A stretch of DNA of 64,000 nucleotides from a virus. Each line of letters opens with the position of its first letter. The first letter of the stretch is position 1. Shown here in pieces: positions 27,265 through 36,127 of the stretch. Both the position numbers and the translations under genes were made by a program. Below the pieces are notes generated by a model. The model saw only the letters and a list, made by a program, of their open reading frames with translations. It did no database searches and was not told where the DNA came from. Location of the stretch: IMG/VR virus record IMGVR_UViG_3300023243_000009, positions 74,668 through 138,667 of that record. One strand, 5' to 3'.

Positions 27265-28137
27265 CTACTTGTTATGTTGTGCAAGTATTTGTTTTACGTG
27301 TGCTTCTGCCACTTCGTAAGATACTGGTCCTGTTTCATCTGCATAACTCGCAGGATCAGGACGTCCTAATTTGATAAAGGCTTCGATACGTTCTACTGAA
27401 CTTGCTGATTTGTAATCTGAGTACCATTCTCCCTTCATAGAATTGTCATTACCATCAACTGAACCTATAAAAATTGGTTTATATGAAGTAAGTGTTCTTT
27501 TATAAACCTCGTCGAAGGTTATTCCAAATTCTTCACATAATATTTCTCCATCTTGTAATATTGTAAATTTATTACCTTTAATATAGGGTGTAAAATAACC
27601 TACTCTATCTGCATCCCAATTTCCTTCTCTAAAGGCTTTATCGTCTGCATCTCTAAACTCTTGTCGGCAATCAGGATAAACTTCGAAATCTCCAGCATGA
27701 ATCCCCATAGCGATATCACAATTTTCCCCTGTTCTATTTGCTATTGATAAGGCAACCGCTTGTGTAATAGAAGCAAATATTTTATTACGATTAGGAACAA
27801 CTGTTTCTTTCATGTTGTCGTTTTCATAATGCCCTTCAGGTACATCATTACCTCCTTCTACTAATGCTGAATCCAATAAATCTGATAAACCATCTAATTT
27901 AATTTGACGGTAAGTGATTTGATGGTATGTAAAAGTATTTGGATGTTCTGATTCCCCATGTCTGTTTAGATATCTTACTAATGATTTAGCTCTATCTAAT
28001 TCTACTCTGTGTTTTTGACCATAATCGAAGCTGATGGCGGTACAAGTGTCGTAATCTTTTAATGCTCTTAATAATAATGTGCTACTGTCCATTCCACCTG
28101 AGAGACTAACCACACAATGTTTTTTTGTTTTACTCAT
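27265..28137 (-). CDS. queC: 7-cyano-7-deazaguanine (preQ0) synthase
   Basis: SLSGGMDSS, FDYGQKH, TVVPNRN, GIHAGD, YPDCR. Confidence 0.93.
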   Translation of the reverse strand: MSKTKKHCVVSLSGGMDSSTLLLRALKDYDTCTAISFDYGQKHRVELDRAKSLVRYLNRHGESEHPNTFTYHQITYRQIKLDGLSDLLDSALVEGGNDVPEGHYENDNMKETVVPNRNKIFASITQAVALSIANRTGENCDIAMGIHAGDFEVYPDCRQEFRDADDKAFREGNWDADRVGYFTPYIKGNKFTILQDGEILCEEFGITFDEVYKRTLTSYKPIFIGSVDGNDNSMKGEWYSDYKSASSVERIEAFIKLGRPDPASYADETGPVSYEVAEAHVKQILAQHNK

Positions 28138-28191
28138 TTTATTTAATTTAATTTATTGCCAGGTATTAAAAGCGTATAGGCAAACGCTATT

Positions 28192-29271
28192 TTACAATTG
28201 ATAATCTTGTAGATCACCTGTAGAAGGTTCTACTTCGGATTGTTCATATACTCTATTCCCAAAATAATCGTCTAAAAATTCTCTACGATATAAGTGGACA
28301 TTTCCTTTATATTTTGGATTTTCAATAGCCCTTTCCTGAATTGTTTCTTTTAATTGTACTGCTACAATACAAACCTCTTTTCCTAATTCACTACCTGCGG
28401 CTTTTCCTAGGTAATCATAAAGTGACATCATATCGGATGAATCATTTTTTTTTGTACTCATGATTGTTTTTATATTTAAATTATTAATTTCTCTGAATTT
28501 ATTTACATTATATCCAACTCTAGAAATACCAATTTCATCCAACTCCATATCAAAGTAGTTATTGATATTTGCGGTTGGTTTAGTGTTTAAACCATAACTT
28601 TTGTATTCAACCCCTTCTAAAGCTGACATTACGGGGTTTGAGGTGTCAATGGATTCTATTTGAGGGTGGTTATCATACCAACCAAATTCTTGTGGTATTG
28701 AACAACCCAATAAATGTAACTTAATATCTTTTAAATGGCGTAAATTTAGTAAACCTTGTACAAATCGTACTCTACCCAATGCCTTTCCCATATCCGCGTT
28801 ACTATGTGGGAAAAAATCATTATACCAAGTAGCACCGTAAGATACACATAATTTTTCATATCCTAATTCCCTTAACAATCCAGCACACAGATATGCGTCA
28901 TTTTTATCCTTACCTTGGATTACTGCTATTTTCTTGGTTTTTTTAGGGAATTTAAACTGTTTCCAATACTTGGCCTGTGCCGCGGTTTGATGACAATCCA
29001 TCCAAACATCAGGTACTATGAATTCATCTGGTTCTAATTCTTTAACCCAAAAAAGTAAACGACTATGGTCATAACCGTGCCCCCCGTTTTCATCTTTAAG
29101 TTCATGTAAGGAATTATCCATAATAACATACCTCCCTTTAGCTTTTGCTTCTTTAAAATATTTTAAATATTCTTTATCTTGGTCCAATAAATGGGGTAAG
29201 CAAAAATCATACTCATTAAACTCAGGAGAAATATTGAGTAGGAATTTTGGCACTTCGTGGTTTACTATCAT
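28192..29271 (-). CDS. TGT/DpdA-like transglycosylase-fold protein with a C-terminal extra domain
   Basis: IMDNS, FIVPDV, AVIQG, HLLG, SIDTS motifs; adjacent to queC. Confidence 0.7.
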   Translation of the reverse strand: MIVNHEVPKFLLNISPEFNEYDFCLPHLLDQDKEYLKYFKEAKAKGRYVIMDNSLHELKDENGGHGYDHSRLLFWVKELEPDEFIVPDVWMDCHQTAAQAKYWKQFKFPKKTKKIAVIQGKDKNDAYLCAGLLRELGYEKLCVSYGATWYNDFFPHSNADMGKALGRVRFVQGLLNLRHLKDIKLHLLGCSIPQEFGWYDNHPQIESIDTSNPVMSALEGVEYKSYGLNTKPTANINNYFDMELDEIGISRVGYNVNKFREINNLNIKTIMSTKKNDSSDMMSLYDYLGKAAGSELGKEVCIVAVQLKETIQERAIENPKYKGNVHLYRREFLDDYFGNRVYEQSEVEPSTGDLQDYQL

Positions 29272-29290
29272 AATTTATAACTTTTTATAT

Positions 29291-29515
29291 TTAATATATT
29301 AATTCATCGGTATTGATGTCATGATCATCTAATAAACCATTCAACGCTTCTCTATAAGTTTCTAAATTAAAGTCTGAGTCATCATGTTTCCATTTTCTCC
29401 AAAAGTTATGTGTTAATTCCCATATAAAAGATGCCATATCTGAGGATTTCATAGCTATTTTCATTGCCATCTCATCATCTCTGTCGTCTAAATCGTATTC
29501 TAATATTCCTTTCAT
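29291..29515 (-). CDS. Hypothetical protein
   Basis: 74-aa ORF. Confidence 0.6.
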   Translation of the reverse strand: MKGILEYDLDDRDDEMAMKIAMKSSDMASFIWELTHNFWRKWKHDDSDFNLETYREALNGLLDDHDINTDELIY

Positions 29516-29520
29516 AATCT

Positions 29521-29877
29521 TTATTTATATTTATCAATATACGAAGAAGGTGTTGTTTCTCCACTTTTTCTTAAAGAGTTATTTATAGGTTTAAGTTCTA
29601 CTTCAACTTCAATATTAGGGTTTGATAAATTAACTAATTTGATAATTTGTAGAGCTTTATCATTAAATTTAGAGCTTGTTAAGACAAATGTAACTTCTCT
29701 GACTATTTTTTTATTATCATATGAAATTTCGACGGCGGATAGAGTTGCACATAATTCTCCCATATAATATATACCGGTTTCTTTATACGTTAGACCCTCA
29801 GTAGAAATGTTTTTTAAAGGGTTTGAGGCGCACCTTGTAAATAATAATAATAATATTACTAATACTACTTTTTTCAT
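29521..29877 (-). CDS. Putative lipoprotein
   Basis: MKK + hydrophobic stretch + Cys (FTRC). Confidence 0.55.
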   Translation of the reverse strand: MKKVVLVILLLLFTRCASNPLKNISTEGLTYKETGIYYMGELCATLSAVEISYDNKKIVREVTFVLTSSKFNDKALQIIKLVNLSNPNIEVEVELKPINNSLRKSGETTPSSYIDKYK

Positions 29878-29880
29878 GAC

Positions 29881-30357
29881 TTATAATTTATTTGTTTTAT
29901 ATTTATCTTTTATAATGTAATAAAAATCTATTAAGGATCCCCTAGATTTTAACATTTCTTCTTCAACTTCTTCTATACTTAATTTACAATGTTTAGTAAA
30001 TAAAGACATGAGTTCAGACAATTTATTATTTTCATCTTTTTCAAAATCTTCTAATAAACGTTTTCGACGTGTGCGTAGTAAAGAGGACATTTCGTTGAAT
30101 TTACCAATATCAGGATAGCATTCCCCCCATATTTGGTTTATTTCATGTTCACACCATTCCGCTTGATACTTGTAGTGTGAATATTCAAAATCACCATTTA
30201 AAATTCTATCTCTAAGGGATTGTTTATGGTGTAAGGGTGGTTTTGGGTTATCGTACATCCTCCACCAACGAAATTGGTTATATTTTAATTTGCGAAGATT
30301 AGAGAATTTTTTATCTAATTGTTCTTTAGATAAAATTGGAGAATACAAATTTTTCAT
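29881..30357 (-). CDS. Hypothetical protein
   Basis: 158-aa ORF with a palindromic promoter upstream. Confidence 0.65.
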   Translation of the reverse strand: MKNLYSPILSKEQLDKKFSNLRKLKYNQFRWWRMYDNPKPPLHHKQSLRDRILNGDFEYSHYKYQAEWCEHEINQIWGECYPDIGKFNEMSSLLRTRRKRLLEDFEKDENNKLSELMSLFTKHCKLSIEEVEEEMLKSRGSLIDFYYIIKDKYKTNKL

Positions 30358-30415
30358 GTTAACCTTTATTTATTACTTAAATATACGAAGGCTCCACTAG
30401 GGAGCCAAATATATT

Positions 30416-31492
30416 TTAATAAGTTTTAACATCCTCTTCAGAATCTAGAAGAGATTGTAGGAGGTTAATTTCATTTATGATTTTGTTTCTCCTCCACCCT
30501 GAGAGGGGTTGTGTAAGGGTGTTTTTTAGTTTAGAAATTTTTTGATGTGCTGAGATGATTTCTTCCTTATCAACAATACCATCCTGGTTGGTATCTAGGA
30601 TATTAAATTCTTTTTCTAGTGGGGATGTTACATCTTCAATTTCATCTAGATCTGAATCAACTAAAACTTTTTCTTTATGTTTAGGGTAAGCTCTATCAAA
30701 CGCAAAATTAGATGCAATTACAAGAGCAATGGCTAAAGGGTCAAATACAAATATGATTACAAGTAAAAGTATGTTAATAATCTTATCCATAGGTGCACCT
30801 GTAAGACCGGATAGGTATTGTAGTGGTCCTAATTCCCCTGCCAAATCAATATTGTTTTCTAGTTCTAATATTTGGAGTTGGTATTTTTGTAAACTATCCG
30901 CCGATACTTCCCTTTTAGATTGAACTTGTTTTCTATTTTCTTCTTCCACCCCGATACGCTGTTGGGAAAGTCTAAGCTCTGTAGTAGAGACGGTGGTTCT
31001 AAAGCCCCCAACCACCGATGCGTCTTTAATCTGGATTGAGGTAGATTTTGCGTTACTGAGAGAAGAGATATTACTAGAAATTCTTTTAAGTTCTGAGTCA
31101 TGACGTATAACATCTGTTTCATAAAAATCTTTTTTCTGTTCTAAGAATTTAGTTTGGTTTTCTTTTATTGTAAATTTGCTGTAAGTGTTTTGATACGCCG
31201 AGCTTAAAAACCCATAAATACCCATACTAGTAATCAATACTAGTACTACAGTTGCGATTGACAAATATACCCTTAATGTTTTACTTAATTCACTCCAATA
31301 TTGGTATAATAGAGATGCGGTTACTAACTTAGCAAATTCTAGAGAACTTGCCATCAATATGACTGCAAATTGTGCTCCCGCAAATAACTTACTTAACCCA
31401 CTAACCGAGTAATATGCTGCTGAACCCGATACTGTTAGGGCTGATAACCCTATAAGGAATGGGAATAGTCCTTTTTGAATATTTTTTACCAT
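30416..31492 (-). CDS. Multi-pass membrane protein with coiled coil and an EF-hand-like motif
   Basis: 3-4 TM helices, long coiled coil, DTNQDGIVDKEE. Confidence 0.65.
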   Translation of the reverse strand: MVKNIQKGLFPFLIGLSALTVSGSAAYYSVSGLSKLFAGAQFAVILMASSLEFAKLVTASLLYQYWSELSKTLRVYLSIATVVLVLITSMGIYGFLSSAYQNTYSKFTIKENQTKFLEQKKDFYETDVIRHDSELKRISSNISSLSNAKSTSIQIKDASVVGGFRTTVSTTELRLSQQRIGVEEENRKQVQSKREVSADSLQKYQLQILELENNIDLAGELGPLQYLSGLTGAPMDKIINILLLVIIFVFDPLAIALVIASNFAFDRAYPKHKEKVLVDSDLDEIEDVTSPLEKEFNILDTNQDGIVDKEEIISAHQKISKLKNTLTQPLSGWRRNKIINEINLLQSLLDSEEDVKTY

Positions 31493-31528
31493 AGATGTAA
31501 TATAAAAAAAGATTAGAATGATTCCAAC

Positions 31529-31948
31529 CTATTTTTCTCTTTCTCCTTTATGTTTGTCTAATTTATCTAGGATTTGGACCAATAATTCATTTTTTATAAT
31601 ACCTAACATTGAAGCATTTTTAAAAATTGAAATTAATTGAAATACTAAAAAGGGTGCTATAATGGTTTCACTTAACCAGCTAGTCCCGGTAAATCCTTTT
31701 TCAATTGTTAAAATAGCAGAAAGAATTATGACCCAAAAGCCAAATGTTTTTAATACTTTTAATGCTCTAAAGGTTTTAAATCCTTCTCTTTTGATACCTG
31801 CCCATACACCAAAAAAACCATCAGCAAATATCACAAAGGATACTGAGAGGTATTGTTCAATATTGTTAATAGTTAGGTTCATGAAATACGAACATATAAA
31901 TGCTAATACGGTTGTCAATGATAGTGTTATTAAAAGGGTTGTTTTCAT
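31529..31948 (-). CDS. Holin-like membrane protein
   Basis: Three TM segments; directly downstream of the endolysin. Confidence 0.65.
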   Translation of the reverse strand: MKTTLLITLSLTTVLAFICSYFMNLTINNIEQYLSVSFVIFADGFFGVWAGIKREGFKTFRALKVLKTFGFWVIILSAILTIEKGFTGTSWLSETIIAPFLVFQLISIFKNASMLGIIKNELLVQILDKLDKHKGEREK

Positions 31949-31962
31949 CTTATAACTTTATT

Positions 31963-32580
31963 CTATTTTACGTATTCGTAGTATTTTTTAGTTTTCTGGT
32001 TTCGATCTTCTAACCCATGAATTCCACCATTAATTCTTTTTGTAAGAGATAATATGGATTTATCATTAATCCCTTGATCACAGATGGCCCATAATTTATT
32101 TCTTTCAAAAAAGAACATAGCGGATTCAAAAGAGAAATCTGTTGCCACTAAATCGGGGTTATCCATTATTTCGGGTTTGTCTATATATTCTGCAAAGGTT
32201 TGATAATTAGCTCTACCTGTTAATTGTAATGCTCCTCTACCTCTAAATTTCCAACCATCACCCGAAGCTTCGTTCCCATTAGCCATTCTAGAGGCATATA
32301 CTAGGTTTGCAATTTTTTCGGGGTTACGGGCATATAAATTAGAATCTTTACCTGTGTTTTTAAAATATTTAGAGAAAATCTTATTTAACCCGCTGGCAGA
32401 ATAGTTTAAATTTTCTGAGAATAATTTAAAATTACCTGTTTCGTGGGAGGTTTGTGCAAAGAAATGAGCGGCTCTTACAGGAGTTAGTTTATAAAACTCC
32501 ATTGCTTTTTTCATTGTACCTGGCCCAAAAACACCGTCTGATGTTGTTCCAATTTTTTTCTGTAGGTTTTTTAAACTCAT
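31963..32580 (-). CDS. Endolysin, GH19 chitinase-like, with a short PG-binding N-terminus
   Basis: DGVFGPGT; FFAQTSHET; FRGRGALQLTGRANY; INGG. Confidence 0.9.
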   Translation of the reverse strand: MSLKNLQKKIGTTSDGVFGPGTMKKAMEFYKLTPVRAAHFFAQTSHETGNFKLFSENLNYSASGLNKIFSKYFKNTGKDSNLYARNPEKIANLVYASRMANGNEASGDGWKFRGRGALQLTGRANYQTFAEYIDKPEIMDNPDLVATDFSFESAMFFFERNKLWAICDQGINDKSILSLTKRINGGIHGLEDRNQKTKKYYEYVK

Positions 32581-32601
32581 AAAATAATTTTTATATTTGT
32601 A

Positions 32602-33363
32602 TTAAGAATCTAATTTAGAAAAACCGTTTGGAACAACTCCTTCACAAATTAAGGTTGCTACTATTGGAGATACTACTGAACCTACAAATATACCTACTCC
32701 TGCTGGTGTTGATAATGCTGCTGTTGCATATATTGGATTTGCTTTACCTACTACATTAGTAAGTACCTTTGTTAGTAACTCTTTATTACATTTTCCTTTT
32801 ACTCCAGGTATTAAAAAGATACCATCAGCTAAAAGTTTACCAACTACGGTAGATACTGCCATCATTGCTGCTTTCTCTCCCATTGTTGCCATTGTTGCTA
32901 GCATAGTAGCACTAATAGTTGTAGAAGTTACAGTACCGGGATCTGTTGGTGCTGGTTTAGGAGTGAAGTACATTACACACCCTGTTGTAAGTGCCATATT
33001 TAATCCAATGTAACAAGCGTTTTCATCCAACCAATCTACTGCTACGTTAGCTGTATCTTCTACTACTTCCAATCCATCTTTAGCAAAATCAATTGCTTGA
33101 GCACTACCCGCTTTCCAAGTATCATCTTCTACATCTAATCCTTGTTTTGCAGCTTCTTCAGTATTCTTAGCAACCACATTAGTTGTGTGTACTACTGCTT
33201 TAGTAGAATCCTTATAGATGTTTGTAGTTGTTTTAGCAACATCATTCACTGTATCTACAATTACATCAATTGGATTAGGTATTTTTGGTACACTTGGTAA
33301 TTTTGGTACACTTGGTATTTTTGGTACACTTGGTAGTTTAGGTTTTTTAAATGGATTCTTCAT
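32602..33363 (-). CDS. Hypothetical protein with (P-K-I/L-P-S-V)n N-terminus and hydrophobic C-terminus
   Basis: 253-aa ORF with 18-bp tandem repeats. Confidence 0.6.
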   Translation of the reverse strand: MKNPFKKPKLPSVPKIPSVPKLPSVPKIPNPIDVIVDTVNDVAKTTTNIYKDSTKAVVHTTNVVAKNTEEAAKQGLDVEDDTWKAGSAQAIDFAKDGLEVVEDTANVAVDWLDENACYIGLNMALTTGCVMYFTPKPAPTDPGTVTSTTISATMLATMATMGEKAAMMAVSTVVGKLLADGIFLIPGVKGKCNKELLTKVLTNVVGKANPIYATAALSTPAGVGIFVGSVVSPIVATLICEGVVPNGFSKLDS

Positions 33364-33376
33364 AATCTATATAACT

Positions 33377-33577
33377 TTATTTATCTTTATTATTATTCAT
33401 ACCGAAATAAGTACCCACTATGGCTACTAATCCGGTAATAGTTACTTGTAAAAGGTGTATTATATTTTCGTTTATGGGTCTACTATCTTCCATGGCTATA
33501 TGGAAATCTCCTACTACTATAATTAATAGTAATAACATTATGCCCGTAACTAATATCAATACAACTCTTTCTTTCAT
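33377..33577 (-). CDS. Small two-TM membrane protein
   Basis: Two hydrophobic helices. Confidence 0.6.
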   Translation of the reverse strand: MKERVVLILVTGIMLLLLIIVVGDFHIAMEDSRPINENIIHLLQVTITGLVAIVGTYFGMNNNKDK

Positions 33578-33586
33578 TTTAGTAAT

Positions 33587-33841
33587 TTATTCTTTCTTAC
33601 CAAATATTTTACCTGCTTCCGCTATCCCAAAAGAACCTAGAGTTATGATTACAAATGAATTGTAAATAAGTTCGTTTATTACTAAGTCTTTTCCAAAATA
33701 ACCCGTGATAATATCTACAAAGGCAAATATTACCATTACAGTGAAAGATAAGAAACCAACCACTGATTTCTCGTTAATATCGTTTTCGTCTTTAAAAATG
33801 TCTTTAAAAGCCATCCATTTATTTTTTATAAAGTTTAACAT
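33587..33841 (-). CDS. Small two-TM membrane protein
   Basis: Two hydrophobic helices; ATATTTATA motif upstream. Confidence 0.6.
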   Translation of the reverse strand: MLNFIKNKWMAFKDIFKDENDINEKSVVGFLSFTVMVIFAFVDIITGYFGKDLVINELIYNSFVIITLGSFGIAEAGKIFGKKE

Positions 33842-33915
33842 GGTATAACTGTTTTAAATTAACAACTCGATTTTATTATAAATATAACAAATAATTTAAA
33901 TATTAAATTTCCCTC

Positions 33916-33949
33916 AAAAAAAAATACCCCTAATTACTTAGAGGTATTT
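33916..33949 (-). terminator. Rho-independent terminator after nrdA-C
   Basis: AAATACCTCTAA GTAA TTAGGGGTATTT TTTTT. Confidence 0.75.
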
Positions 33950-33996
33950 AATTTTTTTGTTTAAATTTTTTCACTGAAAGTGTTTAAAAACACATC

Positions 33997-35010
33997 TTAT
34001 CCTTCACAACTCACACAAAGAGCTTGTCGGGAGCCTAAGTCACCTTTGATAACTGAATCTGTTCTTAAATAGTAAAGTGTTTTAATGCCTAATTTCCAAC
34101 TCTCTAAGTGGACTTGATTAATCCATTTAGGTGAATCATTTACATCAAAACTTAAATTTAGAGATTGAGTTTGATCAATATATCTTTGTCTAATCGCTGC
34201 TTGACGTACTAATTCTAATTGATTAATTTCAGGAAAGGTTAAGAATAATTCTTTTTCATCAGGAGATAGGACATTATCAGGTAATCCTACTACAGACCCA
34301 TTATCTCTTAACATTTGGTCCCAATATTCTTCTTGGTTTTCACCTTTACTTTCCAATAATACTTCTAATACTTTATTTTTTCTAATAAAAGTACCTTTAG
34401 CACCATTAAAGGTATAGATATTAGCAGGAAGTGGTTCAATACCTGCAGAGATACCACCGGTTATTACAGAATTAGATACTGTAGGGGCAATTGCCAACAG
34501 ATGTGTATTTCTCATGCCCGTACCCTTACACCATAATGGTTCTCCATATTCTACAGCCAGGTCCCGGGATGCTCTTTCCGCTTTGATTCTAATATCGCTA
34601 AAAATATTATGAGTGTGGGCGGTGGATGCTATTGAATTGAAGGGTAATCCTTTTTGTTGCAAAAACGTATGCCACCCCATTACACCCAAACCTAATGCTC
34701 TACCTTTTCGGGCATGGGCATTCGTCCTAGTTAATGAATCTATACCATTAGATTTTTCTATAAATTCTTGCATTACACCATCCAAAAACCAGGTAGACAT
34801 TTCCACAGTATCTGTGTCTTTCCATTCTTCGTATTTTGCTAAATTTAAAGATGATAAACAACAAATAAAAGAATGTTCTTCATCTGTAAATAAGGTAATT
34901 TCAGAACAGTTATGAACTACAGCACCATTAGCATAGAAATTTTTATTGTCCTGTACCGTTATATCATATACCGGTTTTTTATTTGATAATTTCGAAATTT
35001 TTAATCCCAT
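33997..35010 (-). CDS. nrdA: Split-intein C-part (34 aa) fused to the C-terminal half of class Ia RNR alpha
   Basis: VYDITVQDNKNFYANGAVVHN/C intein end; CSEI, LLAIAPTVSNS, SAGIEP, DQTQSLNL, TLYY, CVSCEG. Confidence 0.93.
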   Translation of the reverse strand: MGLKISKLSNKKPVYDITVQDNKNFYANGAVVHNCSEITLFTDEEHSFICCLSSLNLAKYEEWKDTDTVEMSTWFLDGVMQEFIEKSNGIDSLTRTNAHARKGRALGLGVMGWHTFLQQKGLPFNSIASTAHTHNIFSDIRIKAERASRDLAVEYGEPLWCKGTGMRNTHLLAIAPTVSNSVITGGISAGIEPLPANIYTFNGAKGTFIRKNKVLEVLLESKGENQEEYWDQMLRDNGSVVGLPDNVLSPDEKELFLTFPEINQLELVRQAAIRQRYIDQTQSLNLSFDVNDSPKWINQVHLESWKLGIKTLYYLRTDSVIKGDLGSRQALCVSCEG

Positions 35011-35021
35011 TTTTTTAATTT

Positions 35022-35666
35022 TTATATTTTATATTTCCATTTATACCCATATATTGTGGGTCTTTTTCCTTTGGCACATTCCCCAATAGCGGCTCCTGTT
35101 TTTTTATTTAAAGAATGAGCCGCCTTAATTATAGATTCCCATTCTTTTATAAAATTTAATTCTAAATCATATTGTAATATAGGTTTATTATTTTTACCTA
35201 AATTATTTAATCTTGCTTTTTCTCTAGACTCTGGGGATTGGGTTTTCCCTTTCATTGGGGATATTCTACCTTTATGACCCTTAGATTTACCCTTATGGGC
35301 AATTCTTAAATTTTCACAATGCCATTTTGGTTTTTTTCTACCATATGGGTAACCAACTCCCTTTCTGCTTTTATTGTAAAATAATTCGCTTTCAAAAGCA
35401 TTATACTGTCCTATGTAATATTCCTCCATTTCTTTCATTACTTTAGAATTAAGGACATTCTCTAATATTTCTCTTTTAAAATTATCTACACCATATTTTT
35501 TTAAAGCTAACTTTAAATAAGTTCCACTCCCTAAGTATCCATCATTTAAATCTTTACAAGTATGGGAACCTATATATTTTTTCTCATTTACTAAATTAGT
35601 TGTTATATAAACTATGAATTTAGGAGTTGGCTTTTCTTTCGTGATACTTTCTTTTAACATTTTCAT
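35022..35666 (-). mobile_element. GIY-YIG homing endonuclease (NUMOD3/NUMOD1) between the nrdA halves
   Basis: VYITTNLVNEKKYIG..H, YLGSG, GYKWKYK. Confidence 0.88.
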
Positions 35667-35763
35667 CTACTTTTGTTTTATTTTTCCAATAATAAGTTTT
35701 ACTATATTCAAGTTGTTTTTGAACACGTTCATCCTCGGTTTGATATTTTTTTATACGTCCCAT
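35620..35763 (-). CDS. Small basic ORF overlapping the endonuclease start (47 aa, not in ORF track)
   Basis: Manual translation MGRIKKYQTEDERVQKQLEYSKTYYWKNKTKVDENVKRKYHERKANS; ATATTTATA 8 nt upstream. Confidence 0.5.
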   Translation of the reverse strand: MGRIKKYQTEDERVQKQLEYSKTYYWKNKTKVDENVKRKYHERKANS

Positions 35764-35797
35764 TATCGTTTATAAATATATAGATCTAAGAAAAAGT

Positions 35798-36127
35798 CTA
35801 AGAAAATTTTAATTGTTTTTTTAAGTTTTTTAATTCATTTTTGTATAACTTTTTAAAAGTTGGAGTGGTCGATATAAACTCATTTTTATCCGTTAGAATA
35901 TTATACTCTATTTCCCCAACAATCTGATCATCAGATACATCTAGAAACCAAACTTTCTGCCATTCCTTTTGTATAAAAATCAATAAATCTTTTTTATTAT
36001 CAAACATACAAAAATAATCCCCTACCTCCAAATTTCTAGTAGATTGATTTTTAGACAACCCCAAAAACATACCTTGAGAAGTTAATATTTTTTCTGTATG
36101 ATGGTTTTTAGTAAATAAGTTCATCAT
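35798..36127 (-). CDS. Hypothetical protein within the nrdA gap
   Basis: 109-aa ORF overlapping the intein-N stop. Confidence 0.45.
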   Translation of the reverse strand: MMNLFTKNHHTEKILTSQGMFLGLSKNQSTRNLEVGDYFCMFDNKKDLLIFIQKEWQKVWFLDVSDDQIVGEIEYNILTDKNEFISTTPTFKKLYKNELKNLKKQLKFS

